Position numbers and translations under genes: made by a program
Assembly (NCBI GenBank): GCA_004431415.1
Contig: QPMI01000071.1
Span: 124,001-188,000, forward strand
Direction: 5' to 3'
Source: Cyanophora paradoxa CCMP329
Taxonomy: Eukaryota > Plantae > Glaucophyta
DNA length: 64,000 bases
The notes under the pieces: generated by a model
What the model was told of the DNA's origin: nothing
The model's input: the letters and a program-made list of their open reading frames with translations, nothing else
Database searches by the model: none
Shown here: positions 13,155-25,703 of the stretch, piece after piece
Layout of the letters: each line of letters opens with the position of its first letter
How positions within the stretch are numbered: the stretch's first letter is position 1

Positions 13155-14265
13155 TAGGGTTATCGTTATCGGTTAGACTGTCGGAACTCGAGCCACCGAC
13201 ATCGACAATGTCGAATGTCGGTTGGATGTCGCGATCGGTGCGATTCGACAGAGGGGGGGGTAGGGGTCATCCCTGCAGCTGGCCATGCATGGCAGGTTCT
13301 ACGCGTACGGCTAAGTACCGGCTTTCAATTATATTCTAAGGCTTCTAGGGAAACAGCGGCGCGTGCGTGGGGAGGGGGGCAACCCCATCCCTGCCTGGCT
13401 GGACCTATCCGAGCAAAATCAGCCTCGGGTCACCTGGTCGGTGGGTGACCAAGAGGCTTCTCTTTTCACAGTCATGGTGTCCGGTCGCACATTGCTGCCC
13501 CGATTTTGGGTTTTTCTTGCAGCGCCGATCACGAGCAATGGCTCACGATCAATCGGCAAGCTGAGTATAAGGCATGTGCCTGGCATTTTATCAATCGGTC
13601 TTCCGAGTCATTGTGAATGGTCAACAATCGGTTGGCGATCAGGCAATCCGCTTTTCAACTATCAATGGGTCCTCAAGTCATTTAATGATTCATCGGACGG
13701 TTCGGAACACAGAAAAGTTCTGGGCCTTCTGGCATACCCGATCAGCAGATCGATATCGATATATCCGTGAATTCGAACTAGATCGATATCGAAATTCCGA
13801 CACATTCGCATGCATGCATATCATAGTATGCGCATGCGCACGCGATCTGGTGAAGCGCGAGCCGAGCGGGCGCGCCAGCGACCGCGAGGGGAGCGCGAGC
13901 GCGCGCATGCGCAGCTATACTGATCATGACACGACCAGTGACCCGAGGCTGCACTGCCCCGAGGGGGCAGGAAGTCTTGTGTTTAAAATTTTAGGAGACC
14001 ATAGAAGCGTGGGTTCTAGGTGAGCGACGGGCCGCCGACGTCGACGGCCGGGCAGGCCTAGGGAGGAGGCGAGAAAAGCATTATGGAATATATATTTAAA
14101 AATGCATTATTTTAATCATTATTTCCGACGTGTCGACGACTCGACGACGAGTCGACGTCGGTCGCCCTCGCCGACATCGTACCGGCAATGGTCCGGCATT
14201 CGACATGTCGATCCGAATTTCGAATGTCGAATTCGAAGCTCCGACATGTCGGTACGGTAACCCTA
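13155..14265. mobile_element. Possible non-autonomous hAT-like element (MITE)
   Basis: Imperfect TIR TAGGGTTA(T/C)CGT at 13155 and inverted, ending at 14265, with dense subterminal TGTCGG/CCGACA motifs at both ends. No clean 8-bp TSD seen. Confidence 0.45.
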
Positions 14266-14303
14266 AATTAAATGTTCTAGATATACTGTAAACGTACGAA
14301 TAT

Positions 14304-17300
14304 TTTTTTTTTGAGAGACTACGGTGGGGCGAACCCCCCGTAGGTAGTGATATTAAAGACAACAAAGCAATCACAAATCAAAGATACAGTAAACTAGCAC
14401 AAAATATATACAGAATCAAGAGGGATCACGAGAAGGGACACGATCAGAAGAACGCAAAAGATAAGGAGAACGAGCACGAGGAGAAGGAGTAGAAGAGCTC
14501 AAGGGCGTCGATGCAGAAGTACTAGTCACACTAGAACGACGAGGAGCACGGGACGCAGCAAATAAGGAGAACGAGCACGAGGAACTACAGTCGAAGACGA
14601 AGATCTAGACGAAGACGACAAGACAGAGCTAACAGCAGAACTAGAAGACGTAGTCGCAGGAGGCAAAGGCGGTAGAACAGTAGGAGAGGCGAAACGTAGG
14701 ACACCACTAGAGGGGAAAGTCGAAGCTGGCGGAGTGTCTAAACGGAATCGAGATTGTAGAGTTGGTAAAACAATGGACGGCTGAAGACTAATCTGAGGAA
14801 CTGGGGACGACACGAGGAAAGGGGCAGAGCTCGGGTGCAGACTCGGAATCGGCAGTATAAGAGGAGGGGCGAAACGCAAGCCAGTAGTGACAGGAAGGCA
14901 GACGATGGGGCTGAACCAGGCGGGAGAGGCAAATATAGCGAAGTAGAAGAGAGAGAAGGGTACACACGAGGAACGTCACCATACACAAAATACTCGCTGC
15001 CAAAAACTATACGGTCTGACGGTCGCTGAAGATAAAGAGGCGGAACTGCCTGAGGGCTAACAGTGAGAGATGGAGGAGGAAGAGGCAGAGCTAACGACAA
15101 AGGGAACGGAATCAAAGGTACAGGGAAGGCATGGAATACACGAGGAACTGGAAGGTGGAGGGGGCCAGTGCTCCTAACTAACATCGATGAAGCATCTGAT
15201 GGAGGTGACGGCAAAACAACTGAGGGTAAACTAAGTTGAGGTGAAGCGAAGATTGATACAAGACTATCATGAATCAAAGGGGGCCATGCAGGAACCGGCG
15301 GGCGAGGTGGATCTGGCGGGACAGCCAGAGGGAAGCCGAAGGTACAGGAGAGGAAAGCCGCAGGCGCCGAGACACATGGACAGGGGACGGATCGGCATCG
15401 GGAGGCAAGGTTGAATTCGACGGAGACCGGGGGCGGCGGATTCGTGAAACGGAAGGTATCAGAGAAGGACTAGGGGGGGCAGGGAAGTACGGAGCCGCTG
15501 AGCAGGTGGCGACGGTGAGGGTGCAGGGGAGCGAATCCGTCGCAAAGTCGGAACAGGCTGACGGGGCTCGGCATATGTAGCCGCAGCTGCAGGAGCTGGA
15601 GCAAGCACTGGGGGTGCCGGATCCGGAGACTGGAGGCGGGGGCGCTGGCAGGAGGCACAGGATCTGGAGGATTCTCTGAACTAGAGGGGGTTCGAGGTCG
15701 GCGAACGCCACGGGCATTAGCAGGATGTTTATCAGCCCGAACATGACGGTCACGATCAGCAGAAGACTGAAAGTTCTTCCACAAATAGGGCATATTAATG
15801 TGGAGGCAGAAGCGGCGCTAGCGCTAGCATCGGCAGACGAGCTCAAACGAGAACTCGAGGGAGCCGGGACCGAAGCTGTATCAGCGCTAGCAGATGGCCT
15901 CGCAATGTGCTGAACTTGAGGATTCACGCCGACGCCATTAACTGTAGCAGCAGGCCTAGGGGTAGCGACTGCAGGGGGCCCGGGACCGCGACTGCTGGGG
16001 GGCCGAGCGCTGTAGAGGGATAGCTCCGCGCACAGAAAAGAAGCTCGCATCAAAAATAGATTGAGGGGGCTAGGGCGGTCACGTGACTCAGGGTTTGAAC
16101 CATCGTAATCAGAGCCCTCCCCTAAATGCCGTAAACGAAGAAGCTCAATGCGCTCGACAGCAGGAGGCAACGTAATCTCGAGAATATCCAGAAAACGTTT
16201 CCACAGGTTTAGCAGAGCATTAACGGAGTACACTGGTACCCGCTCAGCAAGTAAATTATCGGGTGAGAGATATGCACGGGACAGCTGAAAAATTGCGTAA
16301 ATGCCCGCCAAAATATAACCGAGATACCGAACACAGAAATCGGCATCCACAGAAGATGTGATCAATGTCCCCGCAACACCGGGAACTTGTGGATCTAGAA
16401 TAGCGGAGAACGTAATAGGAGGCAATGGTAAAGAGGGCTGCACGTCCTCGGGCAAAGCCTCTGCTAAGGATGTGAGCTCAGCATGCATGGCCCGCCAAAA
16501 ACCCTGCACCACAGGGCAATCAAAGAAAACGTGCCGCACTGAACGATGCTGCCCATCATTACAAGCGCGGCAGAAAATAGCCGCGACCGGCGGCCGTTGT
16601 AAAGATGGGAAAGCCTTATATCGGAGACGGAAGAGGACATCGAGCCACAGCATAGGAAAGGCACGAAGGGCGACGAGCTGAGACACGCGATTAAGAGGGA
16701 GATCCAGACCCCAGTGTTCTGAAGGCATCTTAGCCCTACTCCGCACCCGCCACAGTCGCTGTACCTCGAGCTGGTAAAAGCGCCGAACAGAAAAGCCCTG
16801 AAGCGTGAGCATCTTATCGAATGTGAAAGCAAAATTGCTGTAGGAAAGCGTAGCTGTCGAACCCGTGCCAAGCGAAACCAGAATTGGACGCGAACCTCTG
16901 CGCAAAGAAATAAAATACTGGGAGGAGAGCACATGAAGCGGCAAGAGGCCAGCTGGTACGCCAGGGTACAAGAGCGGATCTGGAGGGCGGCCACGGGCCA
17001 CGGGACGAAATCCAACACCCGTGGGACAATCTCACCTTCAAAAAGAGGAAGGCCACAAAAAAGCCCGAGGGACCCCTCAGATACACATATTTATCATCTT
17101 TCGATTTATACCATAAGAAACGTTCCGGTACGGCATTAGCAGTAAGCGTTGTAAGCCAACTGGATGGCAGGGCACGACAAATTTGATCAAAGGCAGCAGT
17201 ATAATCAACTAGCATTGCAGGGGGAGCACGAAATCGGTGCAACTGTACATCCCAAATGTCAGCGACGCGCTGTACACCGGCTCTCGCAAACTCAGTATGT

Positions 17301-17703
17301 GTCTGTGCTGCAATGTCACTAGGAAGAACATATAAAGGATTAAGAAAAATAGGCCGGGTCAAAATTTGATGCACGGTTGTAGGAGATGCAACGGCTTGAC
17401 GATCTCGCCACGCCTCAAACAGCATCTGCCAAAGCGGTGGCAAATGCAATCTTGGCAAGATGGCAGACACATCAAGCCCCAAAATGACATTAGCATAAGA
17501 GAATGGAGCCAACTGACGGTCTATTTGGTATTGAATATATTCCTTCCAAGGAGCTGAACAGGCCGGGTCGTTAAGGAAGGCAAGCCATTTAGATTTTAAA
17601 GCCAGCGAAAACGTAACAATATCTGGGCAATTTAATCCACCGTCTTTAAACGGAAGCGCCGTAACATATGTAGATACGGAGCCGCGTACACCCGATGTAG
17701 ATA
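14304..17703 (-). mobile_element. 5'-truncated L1/Tx1-like non-LTR retrotransposon (post-RT C-terminal part only)
   Basis: 10-bp TSD gtacgaatat at 14294-14303 and 17704-17713; poly(A) tail (poly-T on +, 14303-14312); ORF2 C-terminal motifs LPFKDGGLNCPD..F..A..KWL, PIFLNP, GVQRVADIW, CRAC..SVRHVFFDCPVVQGFW; lower GC than the host. Confidence 0.85.
15274..17680 (-). pseudogene. Fragmented ORF2 C-terminus (zf-RVT/CCHC region plus long extension)
   Basis: ORFs 16814-17512 and 15274-17001 in different frames carry the motifs listed for the element. No RT or endonuclease core is present. Confidence 0.7.
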
Positions 17704-18480
17704 GTACGAATATCCGCCAGCGTTTATTTCGACTATGTATATATTCGCCAAACGCTCGCGCTGGCGAATATTTGACGCTGGCGAATTAAGCTTTTGCAAG
17801 TTGTATGGAGAGAGGGATACGACCGGCTGATCTCCCTATGGCGAAGTCGCAGGGTGGCGAAATCAAGATGGTGGCGGATTAAATTTCGCCAGGATTTTCG
17901 GGTTTTGGCGAATTAAAGTGTCGGCGGATATTCGTATACGTACGTTTACAGTAGATCCAATAAATTAAATATTGTGAATTCGAACCGTTCAGAGAATGAG
18001 AGGTCCGTTCTTGAGCGGCGTTCTCCGTACCTTCGACTCGCCGAGTCGGCGAATTCAAAGCAGCCATTCCTTATAATTAATCGTGATCATAAAGTGGCTT
18101 TGAAGCCCTTGACTCATGATCACCAGTCAGTGGCAGTCACCTGGTTCATGATCATGAGTCACTGAGTTGGGTTTAGCAGCGCACGTGACTCATGAGTTGT
18201 TGGGAAACATGCCAGCCAATGGCCGTCGTCGCTCGCGATCGCGATCATGATCATGATCGCGATTAATAATGAACGGGAGAGCCGGGCTGCCGGGGAGACT
18301 GCCTCGGACTCTAGGCTCAGCGCTAGCGGCTCGGAGTGAGCCTTGGAGACTGTCAGCCTGTGTCAGGCACGTGCACAGGGCAGTGTCGACGTCCGACGGT
18401 CAGCCGCTGACTCAGTGAGCAGTGACTCATGATCATTATCAGCACTGACTCAGCACTAGTACTGACTCAGTGCCTTTCTA

Positions 18481-18722
18481 CCGTGTAATACTTAATTACC
18501 GCGCTGACATAACTACTGCGCTACCATATTACTGCGCTCTAAAGTTTTATAACGCAGTAATTTGGTAGCGCAGTATTACCCCCTTTGCTAACAAAATTTA
18601 GATTTTCGAGGCCGATGGAACGCATGCAGTAATTTGGTAGCGCAGTAAAGCGCCTACCGGCGCAGAACTTTTGGAACGCAGTAATTTGTGGCGCAGTAAA
18701 TTATTAAATAAGTATTACACGG
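18481..18722. mobile_element. Tc1/mariner-pogo-type MITE
   Basis: Perfect 14-bp TIR ccgtgtaatactta / taagtattacacgg, each flanked by TA. Internal subterminal repeats (tactgcgctacca..ttactgcg) occur in both orientations. Confidence 0.8.
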
Positions 18723-19973
18723 TAGCCTACTAGGCTAGCCCTGCTGACAGGCTGCTGGTCGTCGACCAGCCGCTGAGCTAGCGCCGGGGGCTGTGCCGCG
18801 GCACATCCGATCAGCTATCATAGTACGTATAACTTGATAACTAGAGCTGAGCTAGCGCTGTAGCCTGAACGCAGCCCCGGTCCGCTGCGTGGGATTCGGG
18901 GTCGGCGGGGCCCTGCGGTACTACGGTATGGTATACGTATCATGATCATGTGCAGCTGCAGGCGAGGGGCGCCGTCGGCCAGCTCTTGATCTATAGCTAG
19001 ATCTCTGCGAAACCATACGATATCGCCGCACGAGCTGCATTCCTCCTGGACAGGAGAAGGCGCGCGGCGGCAGCTTTAGCTGTATGCTACGCGTACGGTA
19101 AGCTTAAGGGCGGCGGCTAGCGCTGCTGCAGCTGCAGCTCTGCGAAACCTGACACGTGCACGTGTATACGTACACGTATTGGAGCTCCTTCGAACGCTCT
19201 TGCCGGGCATTCGAATTCGAACGCCATATCGATATTTACCGAGTAGGCGGCGAGCATGCAAACTTCCGTGGCCAGGGCAAAGTCTGTCGGGATCGCGTTC
19301 CTCCAGGCGGCGGTCGTCGCCTTGACGATCGCCGCTCTCTCCAGCTCCGACTGGTGCGCTCTGTCAGTGTGAGCTTCTCAAGCTAGTTCACGATGCGCAT
19401 GCCGTTCAACTCTCGATCTCGAAGCGATTGGCCTATAGCTATTGGCCTTGCACTCTCCATGTGCATGAGCTTGAGCGTCGACTTCGATTGCAGGATGGCA
19501 GACGCCAACCCGAACGAGCATTGTCCAGTTGGTGGTGGATCGTGCTGGTCCACAAGTGTCTTCAAGCTTGGGCTTTTACGTTGCCAGCTTGTTGATCCAG
19601 CAAGGGAGATCAACCGGGACTGGGTGAGGTGACAATTCGTGTGATGACTCTACAGCTCGCGCTGACCGCGATATTGCGCGCGCCGTCGCCCCGTCCCGCA
19701 GTCGAATGACGGCATCTGCTTCTCTTCCTTCGATCGGAAGATGGCAGACTTTGTTGCTCCCAGTAAATATGAACTCCAATATCACGATTTTGGAGCGAGA
19801 AGCGCAAGCTGTGTGAAAGCAGGGATCGGTGGAAAGGTCCGCCGCCTCTCTGTTCCGAGGCGGCCGTCGTGCGCGTGCTGGTCTAAAGCTTCCTACAACT
19901 GTATACGCAATATAATTTTCACGCCAAGCTAACTATATCCCCGTGGCCACGTGCACGTGCACGACAGGTCACG

Positions 19974-22900
19974 ATGGCGCTGCAGATTGCCGCTGTCCTC
20001 ATTAACTTCACCGTCTTTTGCGTGTATTGCTACCTTGCGATCCTCAAAGTCGAGTCCGCCCCGTGGGCGCGGGCAAGGGCCGTTTTCACATGTTCGCTTC
20101 TGCTATCTTGCGCCCTGATGGCGACGAGCATCATTGTGTGGGGCACGGTGCGCACGCTCTGCTTTCATTGGATATCAAAGTTTGAAATGCTAATCGATTT
20201 AATCTCCGGTAAATGCACTGGCAGATTGTGTTTGCGGGGATGAAGGATTACACCCGCTGGGACGTGGTGCGTCCAGGAAACGCTTTCTACGTTGACTGCG
20301 TCGCCTGCCTTCTCAACATCGTCTCTGCGTGCGCTCATTTACTCCGCCCACACCTACGTGTGTCATGTGATTCAACGATTCTTGACGCGTGCACGTGCGC
20401 ATGCCCGCACGCATATATATATGCATCAATACAGCGCGCTGTACATGTCCTTCCTTGGCGGCAGCAACATTTTCCGTCGACGTATACGGACACATACAAG
20501 TGCACGTGGAAATCACGCTCATGTGCATGCATATGATCATGAGAAGAATCTGAATCACGATTGCGCAAGCTCGACCGGATGCTCAACAATGACGAGAGCC
20601 CATATGCGTCCGACCGCCGGCTCGGAATTTAATGCGGAACTCATGACCAGCGTGAATGGAGGAAAGCAAATCACTGCGCTCCAACCTGCTGATAACGCCT
20701 CCATAGATCCACGCCCGAATACATCCGATGTCCATACATCCGAACACATACAGCAGCACGTCGTCGTCTCCACGCAGCAGGCGACAACTATGGAACCGCC
20801 GGCGCAGGCGACGGCGGCGGCGGGCATGGAACCCCGAAAGGGCTTCGGCGGGGCGCTGCGCTCCGCCGGCGCGGGTCTCATCGACAGAGTGCGCATGCGC
20901 GACCGCAACGCGGTGCGCGGTCGGACGTACTTCGGTGCGCGACATCCGAACTTGGATCGATATCGAACGCATCGCACGCATCCATTTAGCTTCTGCGGCT
21001 CGCGCAGATCCGACCGTGGCGGGAGACATCCGCTTCTTTCGCGCCCGCCCGCCCTTCCTAGTCCGAGCGCTCCTGGACGGCCTGCTCGAGTACCTCAACG
21101 GCCTCACCCTCGGCATCCTCGGGCCGATCCTGAGCCCCTGGACGGCCATGCTCCGCGCAAACTGGGTCCGCTCCAGATTCCAAGCGCTCGCCACTGAGCG
21201 GGCTACTAACGCCCGACCTGCGCGTACGCAGTTCTACCGCAACGTCAAGTTCGGAGGGCGCCATGTCCGTTTCGTCGGGTAGCTTCATCTTATACTTATC
21301 TTAGCACACTATATAGCTAATGCTATATACATCTGTAGCTATATGATCATGATATCGATCTTTTTTCCTGAAAAGGATTGGAGTCTGTTTTCAGTTATGT
21401 AAATCTCACCGTGGCACTAAGACGCGCGTCCGCGTTTCCAGCCTAGTAGCTATAGCTTTAGCTTATATATATGTCTTACGCTTTACGCTTACGTCAACGC
21501 ATGCGCGCGCAGGAGCTGGAAGATCTACTGGCGACTCTACATGTGCGCAATCGAACTTGAGCTCACTTTTCACTCGCGCTATGCTCATTCGAGCACGCAT
21601 GCCTCGGTATCATCCTGAAGGTTCTACTGGCTGAAGTGCCTCGTGACGTTTGGCATACAGGCGCGTCATGATCACCGTGGCACCTGCGTGAAATCTATTT
21701 TTAGGCCGCCCGCGTCCGGGACCGGAGCAGTCAATCGCACGTCCTGACCCGCGGCGGGGCTGCGGTCGCGCAGTATTTCATGGACAGCCTGGGCTACGAC
21801 GTGGACCTGACAGAGTTCCTCAACGGCTTCGTCGCTTCGAACTCCGTCGCCCCGGACCGCGATTACGAAACGAACGCGACACCGGACGACGAGCGCGGAG
21901 GCGGATCCGGAGGCGGACCTCCCAACGCGGGCGAAATCGTTCAAAAACAATTGGCGAACCTCCAGGTTAGCCTTAAGCTTGGAGCCGTTCGTGTACATAT
22001 GCATGTGCGGCATTAAAATTAATCGCTGAGTTCGACCGGGACGCGTACGCCTTGCAGACGACGGAAGGCCTTACGGCGACGCCGGAGGCGGCCGGCCTGG
22101 AAGACGTCAACGGCATCGAAGTTGCCAAAGCGACGCGGGACATGCTGGTGCGCGCGACAAGGCTTAACAGCTTCTCTAACTCGCAGGCCTAGCGCCTTTC
22201 ACCTCTTTTGGTGATACTCGTTGGCGCCTGCAGGCCAAAAAGAACCCGAATAAGAAGGAAGAGCCGCCGCAGAGTGCCCAAGGGGTCCTCCAAGACGCGG
22301 CGACGGGCGCGATGGCCACTCACGTGCAGAACGCGGTGATGGCCGCGGCCCTCGGGACGGTCGGGTTCGACGTCGGGGAGGGAAAGGTACGTATACACAT
22401 ATTCAGCGTTTCGGTGGAGGAGAGCCTCAGCGTTTATGATTCGCTTGTCTCCAGGACGCGTACGAGACGCTGCAGGACCAGAACGAGGGCTTCGGAGACG
22501 CGCCCGGGGTTGGAGAGAAGGTTCCCAAGAACGAGATGGAGGTACACTAAATACCTTAATTATTAGAGCTCGCAAACAGGAATTTGAGAAGGCTTGACAT
22601 GCTTAGCGGCTCCGCATGCGCAGACTGTGTCGTTCTTCATGCGTCCCTCGGTCTATTTCGACATGAACCTCTGCTGGGAGGGCGAGCAGGCCAAGGTTTG
22701 CAAGATTAAATCTTAAATTTATAATCATACAGTAGCGTTTACACTACCTACGAATTACGCTCACTGCTTTACCACGCAGTACCCTCCGGGTGAGCGCGCC
22801 TGCGTGGCGCTGCGCATGCGTACGTATACGCAGCTATGCATTGGACCCCGTTACAACGACGCGATCGCTAGGGTACTGGGTGGTCGGCAGCGCGGCGCTG

Positions 22901-25400
22901 GACGGGCAGGACGCCCTTAAGTACTTCTTCGCGTGCCTTTTCACGCTCGGCTTTGCCGCCAGCTTCCTGGAGGACTGGTACTACACCCGCTTCTTCGAAA
23001 AGGTGTGCTCGCGAACTCGCGTACGCAAATTAAAGGACGCTGGTGCCGCGATCATCGGATGCATCATGCATATGATTAACACCCGCGTTGTTTATGTTCA
23101 GGTTCGCGTTGGCGGCTACAAAATTGACTTCAACAAGGCGGGCGCTACGAACCCTGGCAACGGCGCCCGCCCTGGTGCGTTCGAATCCGATTCGCATGCG
23201 CACTGCGCGGCATGCGCATGCGCATCGAAATCGAGAGCGCAAGCTTAAGCCTGTTGCTGTTGCTAGCGCTGTTGCGTTCCTTACGATCTGTTGGCTCGTG
23301 ATCAGGGTGCTGCTGCTGCTGCTGCTGTTGCTGCTGCTGCAAAGACGAAAAGGTGCGCATTCACCGGGCTACTAATGTATTTATGCAAGATTGCACATAA
23401 TCAATTCAAAATCGAATTCTGCAGGACGAGCTACACGAGGAACTCGACTCGAAACTCACGTTCCGCAAGTTGCCTCCTGGCTGCCGCCCGGGCGAGGTAC
23501 GCTGCATGAATTTCGAAATCATAAATATAGTTATATTTTATATATATATACACCCATGAACATCATCCCGAGACAGAAACACTTTTTTACATGCATGTTT
23601 ACAGTTATCGATATCATTGACGTTTTAACGTTTTAACATAGTACGTCGTGAGACAGAAAAACTTCGAAAGCTCCAATGTTCTTGGCGCCAACCGTAAGCG
23701 GGATCCGGCAACTCGGGCATTCGGCATCGTGTCCTTTGTGTTGTTTTTGGGGGCAATTGCAGCAGCGATCGTTGTTGTCGCTCTACTTGTTGTGTGCGTA
23801 CGCGTGCGCCGCGGACGCCGGGCGCCTCGCAGCCTAGTTATATTTATATTTAGAGTCTTTCCATCCATCGGGATCAGAAATGGAAACACACATACATATA
23901 AATGATCGATAAAATGGGCTCCCAGCACAAGCTTCGTTTGAGATCTAGATCCGAACGTTAACGCCTGTGTCTTCAAGGCTTCAAGCTGAAATGTTTTCGT
24001 CTAACTGAGCATGCCATGCAATTGTGCATGCAGGGTGCCCAAGATCAAGGGCCAGCACGAGGGCTCAGATGCACAGGAGCCTTTCTGCTCGCACACCTTC
24101 AACTCTGCTGCGAAGCAGTATTCCGATCGCTGCTTCGTCGCGCGGAGCCAGCCGCGCTTCTACCACTTCGAGAACCCCGCGGGCGTCGGTAGCAATGCAG
24201 AATTCAACGAATTTGGCGTCATGGTCCGCGAGATCTAATGTCGCAATTGATCGACCTCCAGACTCTCCAGTTCAGTCGACGCCTTTTTGAATTGCGGCAG
24301 GTGCGGCTCCAAGCTATTTCGGGAAACCCCGACCTCGTCGCATCAACGCTGGATGACTCCCCGCCGCCGGAGCCGGATCGTGTGCGCATGCATGTGATTC
24401 ACATCCTTTTTCCCACCCCCGCCCCGCCCTCCTCCTCTCCTGTTCTTCTTACTTGCATCCCCTGGCCCATCGATACATCCGCAGTCAAGTTTCAGGTTCT
24501 TTTCGATCCGCAAGGCGTGCTTGATCATGATTATAAAATTATATGTATATATTAGCTATAGCACGCGCCAGCGCAAGTCGACAAATATTCTGAAGCCGCC
24601 GAGCCTGATTATCGCACCGTTACGCAGGGAGACGATGACCTGGCATTAACAAGCCTAAGCCATGACCTTGGAAGCACACTCCACGTAGGTGCATCGAATT
24701 TGCGTTAAAAATTCCTTTAAAGCTTGATTGTTCCACACGTCGTGACCATGTGAGAATTTGCGCACATACACACACGCAGGAGTGTTCGGCCACAGAGCGG
24801 ACGGAGACTCCCAGTACAGACTCACCGTAAACTACGTGCCTTTGCGGGAGCTCGACTTCGGTCGAACCTTTACCTGGGACTGGGGCGGCAACCCGGCTTA
24901 CTTCCAAATCCGCTTACGTGAGAGCCAAATTCGCCGAGCCATCACCTTCCGCCTGGGTCCGTGTAGCCCTTGCAGCATCTTCGAGTTTCCTTTTCCGCGC
25001 ACGTCGAGCCCCGCCGCAGAGCAGACGTCGACGGTCCCAGAGAGCTCGAATGATGAGCGGGCGGTAGCGATTTTCGTGTCCCCGTCGATCCCGTTCCCCA
25101 CGGCGGAGAATTGCAAATGGATGGAACGCACGGTGGCTGCAAGCACAAGTAAGCTGCTGACCGCCGAGATCTTCATTGACCCCAACCGTGGCGGCGAACT
25201 CCGCGAGGGTATGCATGCGAATCCGCCCCGCAGTGTTCTCCGTCGACGTCGCGATCGAAGCTAAGGATTGAGATCTCGGACAGGCTGGTATTATGTCACT
25301 GCGATTGCGGATAAGATGACAGGGACCAGGTTCCGCGTCGAGGTTGAACAGGCTCCAATTCAATACCAGCCAGACGGGTTTTAGTTACTTCGAATGCGAG
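19974..25400 (+). CDS. Multi-exon host integral membrane protein gene(s): N-terminal TM bundle, DUF898/YjgN-like repeats, then TM + PPC-like beta-sandwich repeats
   Basis: Hydrophobic exons (MALQIAAVLINFTVFCVYCYLAILK; GLTLGILGPILSPW..FYRNVKFGGRHVRFVG; KYFFACLFTLGFAASFLEDWYYTRFFEK|VRVGGYKIDF; FGIVSFVLFLGAIAAAIVVVALLV) and PPC-like segments (AIFVSPSIPFPT..GWYYVTAIAD..RFRVEVE) are separated by GT..CAG introns. May be two genes; family assignments are tentative. Confidence 0.5.
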
Positions 25401-25666
25401 GCTCGCGATCGTTGCGGTTCCTCCCGGCCCCGCGACCAATCCTCTGATTCGAATAAGTTCTCCAATCTTCTGCTTCCTCTTCGATATCGATCATGAGGCT
25501 GTTTCAAATGAATTCATAGCCTTAGTAGCTCAGCAGCTATACATAGCTACATATATTTAGCAACATTCAGATCTAGAAGCAATTCTTCGAATTCCCTATT
25601 TCGAAGACTTCGAACCCTTTGACGTCTCCGACTGAATTCTCGCCACTTCGGTGAGTGATCATGATT

Positions 25667-25703
25667 CTACGGGGGGTTCGCCCCACCGTAGTCTCTCAAA
25701 AAA
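25667..25703 (+). mobile_element. 37-bp extreme 5'-truncated copy of the L1/Tx1-like element (3' hairpin + oligo-A)
   Basis: ctacggggggttcgccccaccgtagtctctcaaaaaa is the reverse complement of 14307-14343. Flanked by atgatt at 25661-25666 and 25704-25709. Confidence 0.85.

Larger units (their letters stand above)
14284..17953. mobile_element. Small TA-flanked MITE (~270 bp) split by the L1/Tx1-like insertion
   Basis: Removing 14304-17713 restores tactgtaaacgtacgaatatccgcc, which is the inverted repeat of ggcggatattcgtatacgtacgtttacagta (17923-17953). Internal TGGCGAA/TTCGCCA repeats. Confidence 0.65.

Noticed and set aside
18500-18710. Short repeats resembling a CRISPR array
   Set aside because: Repeats occur in both orientations inside TIRs without unique regular spacers; eukaryotic context and no cas genes.
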